Source: a virus
Taxonomy: Duplodnaviria; Caudoviricetes
Reading direction: 5' to 3' (one strand)
Virus record (IMG/VR): IMGVR_UViG_2548876968_000003
Location: 1-64,000 of that record
Length of the DNA: 64,000 bases
Shown here: positions 26,215 through 36,572 of the stretch, piece after piece
Layout of the letters: each line of letters starts with the position of its first letter
How positions within the stretch are numbered: position 1 is the stretch's first letter
Position numbers and translations under genes: made by a program
Notes under the pieces: model-generated
What the model was told of the DNA's origin: nothing
What the model saw: the letters and a program-made list of their open reading frames with translations, nothing else
Database searches by the model: none

Positions 26215-29200
26215 TTATAATAAAGTTTCTTGGTCTTCTACCGCAGATTTTCTTTTTTTCTTTTGTTTTACAATATCACCAACCGTATCTAGGTTTTCTT
26301 CTACCAAAGAAATTCGTTGAGTGTTTGAATCGAATGGTTTCACCCAGTTTTTTTGAAGCTTCATTTCTCTAAAAAAAACCTCAAACGCGTTATAAATTCG
26401 AATCCTTTCTTCTCTTTGTGGATAAGCAAGTTCCCTAAGTTCGCCATCCGTCAATGAATCAGGATCGCCGACTGTATTTGGGGCAACCAGATAATTGTTT
26501 TTCATTCCTTTCGCTTTCATTTTGTCTTCAACGTAAGATTCAAAAGCCCTTGCGAATAATTCCCTTGGTTTTGACCAATATTTTGATCCGATTTTCTGCG
26601 CTGAAATAAAGTAGTTTGTATTTTTTCCTGAAGGTGATTTTCGAATAGCATTCATCAAAACTCGAGCAGAATCGCCAAATGACCCTTGAAAATCTTCGCT
26701 AACGTAATGACTTCCACCTCGGTTGGCTTCTTTTCCTGTAGCCAAGTGATCTAAAAAATGCCCGAATTCGTGAGCAAAAGTTCCATCCCCTTTTTTCTTT
26801 GTTAGATTTATGATTCTGTATCCTGGTTCATAATGAGCCATTGCCTTTCCAATTCCACGAGCTCCAAAAGACATGCTTAAATTTCCTTCATGGATCACTT
26901 TAGACAGATCCATTTCTAAAGCGTCTTCTAAATCTTTTAAAGCACATACGAAACGAGTAATATGTTCTCGGGAAGTTCGATCATCCATATAATTTCCAAA
27001 TTGTACGGATTTAAAACCCCAATCTTGAGTCAATCGATCGGATGCAATTTCATTGGGTTTAACGATACGTCCATTGGCACGTATGAGCTTTGGAAGTGGT
27101 GAACCGCCATGAATTTCATAGCCGGATCCCTTTGTCCCGATTGAACGTTTTTTATCCAACCAATCCCAATTGTTTTCCCTCACTTGATTTTTTGGATCTT
27201 TTGCCCATTCTTCGCGGGAATGAGGTTTTTTAAAATTAATTGCATAAGCATATTTTTTTTCAGCAAACTCTCTTCTACCTATAGCATTTTGAAAACGTTT
27301 ACGAAAATAATCTTCAAACGTTGGATATTTCTTTTTCACACGCTCGATATACTCTTTATCTTCGCGTAGAAAATTATTGCAATACTTTTCATACTGTGCC
27401 TTTGCTTCTTGCTCACCAAGTGGTTCAAAAAGCTTTGCATTATTCCAAATATTTTTTCCGGAATCGGTTCTCCTCCGGAGAAGGTTAATCAGTTTGTCTC
27501 CAAATACAGTAGAATGTACAATCAAATTTGGATCGTTATCGAAACGATAGGAAGGTTTCTTTAAAAAGACCATGATTTCTTTACGAAAATCATAAGAGTT
27601 AATCACTTTTCCATTAAGAATTCTATCAACTAATACCTCGGAGCCAGGGATAATTTCAGCAAAGAGTTTTTGATATTCTTCCTTTAGAATGTTTTTTTCG
27701 TTCTCAGTAATTCCATTTAATTTTGATTTAAGAGAGTTCATAACCTCTCCAAATTTATTGCTTAAATCGTAAGGACTAATCTCAACAAAATTCAAAGAAT
27801 AACTTTGTATTTCATTGATGGTTTTGGCGTTAAAAATAGGCGCCATAATCTTTTCTAAATTTTTAACGTATTGTTCCCGTGCAAAAGGAGAATCGGCAGG
27901 TTTAGACGCTATTGCTTCATAAATTTTTGCTTTTAAATAGGTAAGCCCTGCACTTTCCCCTTTTTCTTTACGTTCTCTAGCGTTGAATGGAGTTATCACT
28001 CGATCTTTCTTTACGACTCGTTCGGCTGTTACGAAATCCATATTTGAAATATCCGCATAGGAAAGTAATTTTGAGAGTGCGGCTCTTTCTTTCTTCGAAC
28101 CTTCTACGCGAGTATTTGCATCTTTGAATTCCTTGTTTTTTTCCCTATCATCTAATATTTCAGAAACGGAATTAAAGGACTTTTGTTTTACGGACTTTAC
28201 CGTTTCTTTTATAAGTGTAGTGTTTGATTGCGGTGGGATAGCATTTCTTTCATCCAAAATTCCTTGAATTCCCACTTCAACGATATGTTCACCGACTGCA
28301 TTCTGATTTCCTTTCATCGCTTCAGAACGAACATTTGGATCCGCCGGTTTTACGATTTTTCCATATTCTTCCGGCTCTGAAAAATATTTCTGAATAAGGC
28401 GTTTTGATCTTATACCTTGATCGATCGCTTCGGTTTTTGTTTTAAATCGAACTGGCCAGTCTTCTAATTTATCTCCATCAGTTGGTAATTTTAAAGTCCA
28501 ATCATTCGAATTACTCGCAACTCCCCGATTCGAAACATTCAATTCCGGTTGGTAGTTATCAACGAAGGTGCGTGAGATTCCTCCAGACATATTTTTATGA
28601 TACAAAATATCATCTGTATGCTTGGTAAGAGTTACTAAGCGAGTAGAGACTCCGGTTTGTCTGAAAGAATCTTTTCCAGTAAAAGAACCTTCCGGTAACT
28701 TTTCAGACGATCCTCTTTTTTCAGTTAACCACTTTCGAAATTCCTGTGACTTAATATCCGCCCGAAAAAACGGACCTTCAGACATGATTGCAACGAGTTT
28801 TCCGCCCGGTTTGAGTAGAGAATAGGCGTGTAATACATGACGAATATCTAATCCTTTCTCGAACGGAGGATTCATTAGAATACGATCATACCTTCTATCC
28901 ACAAAATCTAAAAAATCGTCCGCAACAATCGTATATCCTTTTGCTTGCAGAATGTTCTTTAAGGAAAATATAGGTTCAATCGTATCAGGATGAATTCCTG
29001 TCTCTTCCGAAATTACTTCCGCTAAGTCTCCTTTCCCGGCAGAGGGTTCGAGAACATCCATTCCAGGCTGAATATCTGCCTCAATGATAAGTCTTTGTGC
29101 TAAGGGTTTTGGCGTTGGAAAGAATCCTGGAATTTTATTTCCAATCAGCTCCCTTTCCATATTCCGAATTTCAATTTTCTTCGGATCGGATCCGCCGCCT

Positions 29201-30969
29201 TTGTTCTTTGCTATGAGGGTGCGAAGATACTGACCGGCTTCATGGACTTGTTCAAAAGTATTTAGTCCTAACCGAAGGACAGCTAACGACCTTTCGGCAT
29301 AGTTCGAGTAAGGATTTCCTTTAAAATATAACTCATAGGGTTTATCTTTTATAATTACGGGGTTTTTTGTATTTGGCTTTGCGGGACGGGCATAAAGACA
29401 CTGTTCAATTTTATTAAACTTATCCATGAGTCTTTTCAAGGACTCAACTTCTTCCAAATTAGAGGATTCGATAAATTCGGCTTCATAGGAACCGATTGTT
29501 TTTTGAACCTTCTTTGCTTGTTCTAGTTCTGACTTTGAAATCAGCCCGTTTTTGTATGCCCAGGTCAGATTATGACTGTATATTTTATTATTACCAGAAA
29601 CAGTTATGTGATTCGTTTCTGTTTCTGAAATAAATCGCGGTTCTATTTTTCGAAACCATACTGATAATCTCTCGGTGAGGGGCTTCTGAGTTTGTGTATC
29701 TCGATTATTCCTGTGATTGTCTAGTGAATGAGAAACATTGAGAATTTGTTCAATGTCCTTCTTGCTTTTTATCTTTTTGAGATTCTCAGGAAACGTCCCT
29801 AAATCTATCTCATCCGCTATTCCCCGTAACGCAGATTGAATGTCCCGCATTTGTTTGGTGTCTTCATACATAGCATCTGCAATTCTCGCTCTGCGAAAAG
29901 TTACATTTTGCCTTGAAATGGGTGGGCTTTCTTTGTTACGAATCGATTCTTCCATCGAATCGGCTAAGTTTCTAAACTTTGTGGATAGAACTGCGCGTTT
30001 TACTAGCGAGGTATCATCAATTGGTTTTGGTTTGATTTTCGCGTTATAATTGAGAAGAGATTCAGTTACATAGTTTCGAATAATCTTTAAAACGATCGAA
30101 GGTTCTTTTTCTATAAGTTTCGAAAGAGCGTCGTTTATCTTTGCCGATATAGCGAGAGGAATGAGTTTTTTTTCTACGGATTCTTTGAGTCTTTCAACGT
30201 ATAAACTGTCATCCGGATTTAATTCAGAGTCCTGTAATTGAACGACAATTCCGGAGAGCGAATCCGACGTGAGTTTTGAGGTTTTGGGTTCCTTTACGTC
30301 ATGTTCACCGGCCGCATTCTCATTTCCAAGCATGGCCTCTGAAAGTGATCTTTTTGTTTCTTGAACTTTTGAAGAAATTAAGAAACGAATGATCTTATTT
30401 ACGCTTTCAGAGGAGATACTTACAAATTTGTAAGAAATGTTTAAAAGACTATTTAGATTGTTTTCTCCCTTGTAAGCGAGATCAACGAACTCACTGGCTC
30501 GTTTGTCAAGTCCCGCGTCTAAAAGCGTATTTTTTACCTGTGTGATAAAATCTCCTAAGTCACGAATCGAGTCAGGGAAGTAGTTGGGTTTGTAATTTTG
30601 GTTTAAGTATTTTCTTTCTGTCTTCGGTGCTATATTTAAAAGATTCGGTTCAGAAGAGAGGGTTTGTTTTTTTGGTTTTTGTACTTTTTCTGAAATGAGG
30701 GTGAACGGTTTTTCTTCGATTGAAGGCGGTTCGCTATTTTTGTTTGTTTCTTTAGGAGAATGTTCGATCTTCTTTACCGTATCCGCAATGATCTTGGAAG
30801 CTCGTGCTTGCGAAGGCGATTTAATCATCGCCCAGGCCCCCTTTTCTCCGGAAGGTTTTACCTTTCGCCAAACGGAACCGTCGGCATGAGTCGAAGGCCA
30901 GCCTACCGGCTTTTCCTTCGATTTTAAGACTTGCAATGTGGATTTAACAACTTCACGGATAGACGACAT
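26215..30969 (-). CDS. Large polyvalent protein: adenine MTase plus LPD1-like HExxH domain
   Basis: VLEPSAGKG and MNPPF; GFKSVQFGN, FAHEFGHFLDH, ELFARAFESYV. Confidence 0.85.
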   Translation of the reverse strand: MSSIREVVKSTLQVLKSKEKPVGWPSTHADGSVWRKVKPSGEKGAWAMIKSPSQARASKIIADTVKKIEHSPKETNKNSEPPSIEEKPFTLISEKVQKPKKQTLSSEPNLLNIAPKTERKYLNQNYKPNYFPDSIRDLGDFITQVKNTLLDAGLDKRASEFVDLAYKGENNLNSLLNISYKFVSISSESVNKIIRFLISSKVQETKRSLSEAMLGNENAAGEHDVKEPKTSKLTSDSLSGIVVQLQDSELNPDDSLYVERLKESVEKKLIPLAISAKINDALSKLIEKEPSIVLKIIRNYVTESLLNYNAKIKPKPIDDTSLVKRAVLSTKFRNLADSMEESIRNKESPPISRQNVTFRRARIADAMYEDTKQMRDIQSALRGIADEIDLGTFPENLKKIKSKKDIEQILNVSHSLDNHRNNRDTQTQKPLTERLSVWFRKIEPRFISETETNHITVSGNNKIYSHNLTWAYKNGLISKSELEQAKKVQKTIGSYEAEFIESSNLEEVESLKRLMDKFNKIEQCLYARPAKPNTKNPVIIKDKPYELYFKGNPYSNYAERSLAVLRLGLNTFEQVHEAGQYLRTLIAKNKGGGSDPKKIEIRNMERELIGNKIPGFFPTPKPLAQRLIIEADIQPGMDVLEPSAGKGDLAEVISEETGIHPDTIEPIFSLKNILQAKGYTIVADDFLDFVDRRYDRILMNPPFEKGLDIRHVLHAYSLLKPGGKLVAIMSEGPFFRADIKSQEFRKWLTEKRGSSEKLPEGSFTGKDSFRQTGVSTRLVTLTKHTDDILYHKNMSGGISRTFVDNYQPELNVSNRGVASNSNDWTLKLPTDGDKLEDWPVRFKTKTEAIDQGIRSKRLIQKYFSEPEEYGKIVKPADPNVRSEAMKGNQNAVGEHIVEVGIQGILDERNAIPPQSNTTLIKETVKSVKQKSFNSVSEILDDREKNKEFKDANTRVEGSKKERAALSKLLSYADISNMDFVTAERVVKKDRVITPFNARERKEKGESAGLTYLKAKIYEAIASKPADSPFAREQYVKNLEKIMAPIFNAKTINEIQSYSLNFVEISPYDLSNKFGEVMNSLKSKLNGITENEKNILKEEYQKLFAEIIPGSEVLVDRILNGKVINSYDFRKEIMVFLKKPSYRFDNDPNLIVHSTVFGDKLINLLRRRTDSGKNIWNNAKLFEPLGEQEAKAQYEKYCNNFLREDKEYIERVKKKYPTFEDYFRKRFQNAIGRREFAEKKYAYAINFKKPHSREEWAKDPKNQVRENNWDWLDKKRSIGTKGSGYEIHGGSPLPKLIRANGRIVKPNEIASDRLTQDWGFKSVQFGNYMDDRTSREHITRFVCALKDLEDALEMDLSKVIHEGNLSMSFGARGIGKAMAHYEPGYRIINLTKKKGDGTFAHEFGHFLDHLATGKEANRGGSHYVSEDFQGSFGDSARVLMNAIRKSPSGKNTNYFISAQKIGSKYWSKPRELFARAFESYVEDKMKAKGMKNNYLVAPNTVGDPDSLTDGELRELAYPQREERIRIYNAFEVFFREMKLQKNWVKPFDSNTQRISLVEENLDTVGDIVKQKKKRKSAVEDQETLL

Positions 30970-30998
30970 TCTGCCCGAAAGTATGAAAGAATAGAGTC

Positions 30999-31005
30999 TA
31001 TCGGA
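30999..31005 (-). promoter_or_regulatory. Late-promoter motif TCCGATA (polyvalent protein)
   Basis: 29 nt upstream of ATG 30969. Confidence 0.65.
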
Positions 31006-31048
31006 GTTTGATTTTCAAGTCAGTGAAATCAAAAAGGATTCCTTTTTT

Positions 31049-32617
31049 TCACTCAGTATACGCCGAAGTGGACGTAGGACTCCATTTGAACGATACGTTC
31101 GTATTTGCTTTCCCTTGACCCGGAGAGAATTCATCGATCACGTCTGTGATATATCCAAACTCACTGATCTCGTCTTCCGGTATCGGATATTTTTTAGAAG
31201 CGTCCATTACGATACGAAAGGGCATTCCCGGACGTAATGGAATAAAAGGAAGATCAAAAGAACCACTGGCGATTTTTAACTCTTCGATATCGCAGAAAAT
31301 ATTAAAGAGCATATCGCGAATTTTAGCGAGCTCACCTTTGTAGTTTTCTTTGATTGTCTCGTTTAGATTTTCCTCTTTAAAAACGAGTCCGGCCATCTTT
31401 ACATGAAGCAGTTTTGGACCGAAAATTGAACGAAGTCTGTCTTCGTATTTCGGCTCGGAAAGAACAGTTCCAAATTGTTGAAATGTATTCTGAATTACGT
31501 GAACACCCGCGATAATCGAATCTTCCGAATCTTCGATTCGATAATTCTTGAGATCATCAAAGGCTAAATAATAACAAGCGTCGATATTCGATGTTTTTAA
31601 ATCCCGGTATTTCCCGTTCTTCCCAAACATGTAAAAAGGGGTTGGCCTGAAAACTACCTGGGCCTCCTTTCTTCCTACTTCGTATTCTTCGATCTTATTC
31701 GATCCTATCTCACCTAAAGAAACCCCCTTCCCATACATTCCGTCGATTTGAAAGGTTTGGAGTGGATCCACGAACAATTCGTAGAGAGGTTCGGAAACAT
31801 ACGATCTTAGTATTTCCCAAAAGTTGACGTACGAGCCGATTGAAAAACTCGATAGCACTTGAGATTCGTATGTGAAATATTCCGTGTATGCTTTTTTTGG
31901 AAGAAGGATCGTTAAAATAGAATCGGGATCGTTTTCTGTAGTCGGTGAAAGTACTGGATGATCTGCATACCTTGAAATGTTCATCAATGTACAAAAAAAC
32001 TCATCCCAAAAGTTTTTGATTAAATCGGACAACTGTCCCTGTAAAAATACTTTCGTCGCTTTTGTGATCACTCCTGCATACGATTCTTGGGTCCGAGTGG
32101 GTGGCTCTCCTTCTGTTCTTTGATAGTCGATAAAAAAGTCGGTATCGGAAAGAAGAGTCTCAATCGGTGAAATAGTGACACTGACAAAACTTTTTCCATC
32201 GGCCGAATATTCTCTAGACGCAGATTTTACCTTGCCAACGTTTAACTTGTTAAACCTACTTTCCTCTGAATTGCCTGATCCATTATCGTAATAAATAAAA
32301 ACAATACTCCTAACCGGGAATATATCTCTGAATCTTAAAAATTCTCCCTCTTTAATTTGAGATAAAGGCAGAGGAGTATCTGCATTGCGTTGAACGAAGT
32401 ATCCTTCTTGGTACGGAATTGTAAGCGCGATTCCTCCCCTTTGCGCGGAAATGGAACGATGAGATTTGATAGTCGTAACGTGTTCTACGGGAAAGAAAAT
32501 ACTACTGGATGATCCAGGTAAATGGACCTCGATCGCAAACGATTTTGGCGGAAAACCAATACCCCTTCGCTCTGTTATCTTTTCTACTTTGTCCGGATCG
32601 AAAGCTTGAGTCGACAC
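31049..32617 (-). CDS. Baseplate hub protein
   Basis: WEILRSY..EPLYELFVD and VFRPTPF motifs; follows the spike gene. Confidence 0.65.
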   Translation of the reverse strand: MSTQAFDPDKVEKITERRGIGFPPKSFAIEVHLPGSSSSIFFPVEHVTTIKSHRSISAQRGGIALTIPYQEGYFVQRNADTPLPLSQIKEGEFLRFRDIFPVRSIVFIYYDNGSGNSEESRFNKLNVGKVKSASREYSADGKSFVSVTISPIETLLSDTDFFIDYQRTEGEPPTRTQESYAGVITKATKVFLQGQLSDLIKNFWDEFFCTLMNISRYADHPVLSPTTENDPDSILTILLPKKAYTEYFTYESQVLSSFSIGSYVNFWEILRSYVSEPLYELFVDPLQTFQIDGMYGKGVSLGEIGSNKIEEYEVGRKEAQVVFRPTPFYMFGKNGKYRDLKTSNIDACYYLAFDDLKNYRIEDSEDSIIAGVHVIQNTFQQFGTVLSEPKYEDRLRSIFGPKLLHVKMAGLVFKEENLNETIKENYKGELAKIRDMLFNIFCDIEELKIASGSFDLPFIPLRPGMPFRIVMDASKKYPIPEDEISEFGYITDVIDEFSPGQGKANTNVSFKWSPTSTSAYTE

Positions 32618-32640
32618 AGAGAAAATCGTAACGGATTAGG

Positions 32641-33360
32641 TCATATCGGAGGACTAGTCTTTGTAGGAGGCAATGGACCTGGGTTATAAAGATGGTTGTG
32701 TTCTTTTAAAGAGGTTCCCGCCGCGATCACATCTGCATCAGAAACGATTTTTTCAGTTGCTTCAATTTTACCGGTTATATCTAAATCGCCTTCAAAGGTA
32801 GTTTTTCCCACAATTTTTGTATCCCCGTTGATTTGAACTTTAGAATTTATCTCCACGTTTTCAAATGTGAGAGTCGCTTTTTTGGATGTAAAATCAAACT
32901 CTAATACGACTTCTTGTGAATCGTTATAGACCTCTATCTTATTCGTAGTTTGACGAACCGCGTAGCCAGACTCGTGAAAATCAATTATGTCTGTCTCCGG
33001 GTTGATAAAAGAAAATTTATTCCAGAAGTCCTGAATATTCGATAAGTCGGAATCCTTGGTAGAAAAAGGGAAAACTTGAGTGATGATAGGAGCGCGAAAA
33101 GAACCTCCAATAAACTCAAGCAATACGAGCTGATTTTTTTTAAGACCAAAGGCTCTTCCATTTGCATTTCCTCCTTGTTTCAATGCAGGTCCAAAGTATC
33201 GAACTTTTTGAAATGGTTCTCCAAATGTAGTCAAAACATTTGCACGAAATCGAGGAAAGACGTCGGTTACGGTTGCAAGCATCGGAGGAGTCATTCTCGC
33301 GTCCGGAGACTGTGGTTTTTCCTGCCAATCGAAAGGATCGTTAGTAAAAGATCCTCTCAT
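32641..33360 (-). CDS. Baseplate central spike (gpV/gp45-like)
   Basis: N-terminal OB-like region, beta-strand repeats, C-terminal SLKEHNH (HxH). Confidence 0.75.
   Translation of the reverse strand: MRGSFTNDPFDWQEKPQSPDARMTPPMLATVTDVFPRFRANVLTTFGEPFQKVRYFGPALKQGGNANGRAFGLKKNQLVLLEFIGGSFRAPIITQVFPFSTKDSDLSNIQDFWNKFSFINPETDIIDFHESGYAVRQTTNKIEVYNDSQEVVLEFDFTSKKATLTFENVEINSKVQINGDTKIVGKTTFEGDLDITGKIEATEKIVSDADVIAAGTSLKEHNHLYNPGPLPPTKTSPPI
32644..32650 (-). promoter_or_regulatory. Late-promoter motif TCCGATA (hub), inside the end of the spike gene
   Basis: 26 nt upstream of GTG 32617. Confidence 0.6.
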
Positions 33361-35306
33361 CTCGAAATGATACTACTCCCGCCTGAAATCGATTCCAAAT
33401 AAAAGCGAAATAAAATCTTGTCCCCGTCTTGTAATACTCCCAAAAAACGAGCGTCATTCACTCTTGGATCCGACTTAAACTGTCGTATTAACTGTTGGAT
33501 ATATCCCTTACTGAATATCTCATCCGTGGTTTCTCCCCAAACGATCGGATTCCCTATCTCCGGACTTCCCGGAATCGATCCGATTACAATATCAATGTGA
33601 TCCAGTTTTTCATTCACGAGAGCTTCATCGCCTTCAATGATTGCCAAATCACCCGTCGGCGAAACATCAATCCCTCGATTCTCTGTAAGTTTTATATCGC
33701 ATCCAAGAAGTGCGATTTCTAAATCTCTTGGCGTCGGATTGTCCGGTAAGACCGTAAACACATTTGTCTTTGTCCCAAAGGGGATTTTAATCGCGCGGCT
33801 TGCAAGAATGGTCGTTTCATGTTGTCCGTTATAAAGCGCGAGTGCTTGACCTAAAGTCGCGTCCCCTAATTTTTTCGCTGCGACCTTTTCCCAGGTATCA
33901 CCCGATGAAACGTAATGTATGGAAAATTCATTGTCAACAGCCGCCTGATTGATTGCGCTCTGTGTTTCTAAAAGAATCTGATTTACCGTCAATGCAAACT
34001 GGTAAACATCGTTATCAATCCAAGCACTCAAATCCGCGTTCGGTTGTAGGGACATCGATTCATACGATCCTCCCGTTTGAACCGGAATCGTAAATTGAGC
34101 AATAAGAGAAATTAAGGCACTACAATCCGAAGAGGCCTTCTCTAAACTTTGTCTAAAATCCGCTTCGTTCGATCTTGATTTTTTGTATGCGTCGTCAATT
34201 CTTTGTGAGATTTCTTCAGCGTTAAATCCCCGTTTTTTTGATTTTATCCCAAGGTCGGCTTTGGCACTCTCGAAGGTTTTTCGTGCTAACTTTCCTTGCG
34301 CGTTAAACTGATTTTTCATCCGATCCCAAGAAGAGAAAAGTCTTTTGGAAGAGTTAGCAAAAACTTGAACACCTCGCGCGACTCCAAGAAGCGCACCCGA
34401 CAACTGCAAAGGGAGATTTACGATATTTTCTAACTCGTTCATGAGTCCCGAAATGGTTCTAAACGGATTGAAATTACTTCGGATGAGCTGACTCGTAATT
34501 GAAGAATCAAGTTCACGTACAACAACCAGATTCAACGAATATTTGTACGTATTTGTATCGGAGACGGAACGAGTAATCGTAAATCCACTAGACGGAACAA
34601 CGACCTCAACGGTTCGGTTTCGGTCATAGTCGCGAAAAATCATCGCGTGACTCTTCCAAGTCAGCCTTCTTTCTCTAAAAAGTTTTGCAATCTTTGAACC
34701 TTGAGGATCGTTTGACGTATATTGTACCGGGTCAAGATTTCTGGAATAGTGCAGGATGAACATAAAATCCTGGAATTCTTGAAGTCCCGATCGAAAGTCC
34801 CCTCCTCCGAGGCTTAGATAACTGCTTCTGATTTTATCATAATAATTACTTACAGTATTCGAAACGATACTTTTGGCGGCTGAAAATGCGGATTGAATAA
34901 AACCCGCACCCGCATCTCCCGGAATCGCAGACCTGGGTTTTGCAGGAAGTCCCAGGTGATAAATGTGGAATTCGCCTTCTAATTTAATCTCGTGGTTGTC
35001 CGGTCCATAGTCAACGACCACGACTCCCCCAAATGTTTTTTCAATCCCTACTCGGTATTTGAAATTCTCCGTATATTGAAGCGGACCATTTACAAAAAAA
35101 TATTCATTCGAAACGACATTCCCGTCCGTGAGATTATAGGAACCGTTATTTTGTTTTTCATAAAAGGAGAGAGAAAATACATTCTGCGGTTGGTAAGTCG
35201 GTGCTAAACTTCCGGAAAACGCTCCACCCGTAACAGAATTAAAAGCGGATTTCGCACCATCTGCTACACCTCCGCCGAATCCAGAAACCGAATCGAGAAC
35301 TCCCAT
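33357..35306 (-). CDS. Baseplate protein: tube-initiator-like plus LysM plus gp25-like domains
   Basis: HYVSSGDTWEKVA...ALYN (LysM); GDLAIIEG.EAL...G.P.IG (gp25-like). Confidence 0.65.
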   Translation of the reverse strand: MGVLDSVSGFGGGVADGAKSAFNSVTGGAFSGSLAPTYQPQNVFSLSFYEKQNNGSYNLTDGNVVSNEYFFVNGPLQYTENFKYRVGIEKTFGGVVVVDYGPDNHEIKLEGEFHIYHLGLPAKPRSAIPGDAGAGFIQSAFSAAKSIVSNTVSNYYDKIRSSYLSLGGGDFRSGLQEFQDFMFILHYSRNLDPVQYTSNDPQGSKIAKLFRERRLTWKSHAMIFRDYDRNRTVEVVVPSSGFTITRSVSDTNTYKYSLNLVVVRELDSSITSQLIRSNFNPFRTISGLMNELENIVNLPLQLSGALLGVARGVQVFANSSKRLFSSWDRMKNQFNAQGKLARKTFESAKADLGIKSKKRGFNAEEISQRIDDAYKKSRSNEADFRQSLEKASSDCSALISLIAQFTIPVQTGGSYESMSLQPNADLSAWIDNDVYQFALTVNQILLETQSAINQAAVDNEFSIHYVSSGDTWEKVAAKKLGDATLGQALALYNGQHETTILASRAIKIPFGTKTNVFTVLPDNPTPRDLEIALLGCDIKLTENRGIDVSPTGDLAIIEGDEALVNEKLDHIDIVIGSIPGSPEIGNPIVWGETTDEIFSKGYIQQLIRQFKSDPRVNDARFLGVLQDGDKILFRFYLESISGGSSIISR

Positions 35307-35333
35307 CGCTTGGAAGAATAAATTCTTTCACTC

Positions 35334-35349
35334 TATCGGATGTCCGATT
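35334..35349. promoter_or_regulatory. Back-to-back divergent late-promoter motifs
   Basis: TATCGGA-TG-TCCGATT: 27 nt from ATG 35306 (-) and 26 nt from ATG 35376 (+). Confidence 0.75.
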
Positions 35350-35375
35350 TTTGAAATATAGTTACGTTTTCATGT

Positions 35376-36572
35376 ATGGGAACTCCCGTACCTTATATTC
35401 CTAAAACGGAACTCGAGTACAAGACAGCTCAACAAAATAGCTTACTCGCCAGTGGTTCCCGGTTATCAAATTTCAATCCGGGATCCAGAATCTCAACTTG
35501 GATTGCGACAATTGCCTCAGTTCTTGCGGAAGGTGATGTAAGGACTCTGAACGGATTCGATTATTCGATCAGGGAGGGAGTATATAACGCATTCGGATTT
35601 ACGAGATTGCCCGGTTTAAAGGCGATCGGAATTCTTAGAATCGATCATTCAGGCCATACGAGTCCTGTAAATATTGGGGTTTTCACACTTGATCTTTTCG
35701 GTCTCGTTTATGAATCCATTGCGCCCGTTACAATCCCCGTTGGAGAATCTTCCGTTGAAATCGAAATCAGAGCCAAGAACCCAGGGAAAGATTATAACAT
35801 TACTCGGCTTTCGATTGATACACAAGAAGGACTTGGTTCTGTAAATGTACAAGTTCCGCCAAATACAAGGATCTGGAATCCGAGTGATTTCGCGGGCGGA
35901 ACTAATATTGAAAGCGAAGAAAATAGACTCCGTCGTTTTCGCAATTTTATCGTTTCTCTTGGTCGCTCTACTCCGCTCGGAATCTATACAGCAGCGACCT
36001 CGATTCCCGGAGTGGCTGGAATTCAACTTACGACAAACGTGAATCCGTTTTCAGGTGCGTTTGAAATCGGTTGGATCAATCTTTATATTTCGGACGGAAC
36101 TTCTAATCCTCCTCAAAGTCTTCTTGATCTTGTTCAGAAAACGATTGAAGGGGATCTAACGGATCCAGAAAATTTTCCGGGCTTTGCGGCCGCCGGAACA
36201 TTTGTCGCAGTTTTTAGAATTCCGGTTCTTGGAATTACAGTTAAGTATGATTTGCAAATTCAAAACGAATCTCAACTTTCAAACGAACAAGCCTTAGATA
36301 TCGCACAAAATCGGCTTACTCTATATCTCAATACTTTACCAGTTGGCTTCGATGTTTTGTTAAAACAAATCGAAGGAACAATTTTAAAAGCTCATCCTGA
36401 TTTTTACAAAGTAAACATTACCGAGTTTTATGGAAAACTCGCATCCGATCCGGTTCCTTTCCCTCTTCCACCTCCGAGTGATATTTCTGTTCCAACTGTG
36501 GATCTTCCAAGAACCGGCGGAACTTCCGGAGGAATCATTTCAGGATCCGTAACTCGTGTGGAGCCGTCTTAA
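35376..36572 (+). CDS. Baseplate J-like wedge protein
   Basis: FNPGS, GGTNIESEE.RLRRF motifs. Confidence 0.85.
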   Translation: MGTPVPYIPKTELEYKTAQQNSLLASGSRLSNFNPGSRISTWIATIASVLAEGDVRTLNGFDYSIREGVYNAFGFTRLPGLKAIGILRIDHSGHTSPVNIGVFTLDLFGLVYESIAPVTIPVGESSVEIEIRAKNPGKDYNITRLSIDTQEGLGSVNVQVPPNTRIWNPSDFAGGTNIESEENRLRRFRNFIVSLGRSTPLGIYTAATSIPGVAGIQLTTNVNPFSGAFEIGWINLYISDGTSNPPQSLLDLVQKTIEGDLTDPENFPGFAAAGTFVAVFRIPVLGITVKYDLQIQNESQLSNEQALDIAQNRLTLYLNTLPVGFDVLLKQIEGTILKAHPDFYKVNITEFYGKLASDPVPFPLPPPSDISVPTVDLPRTGGTSGGIISGSVTRVEPS

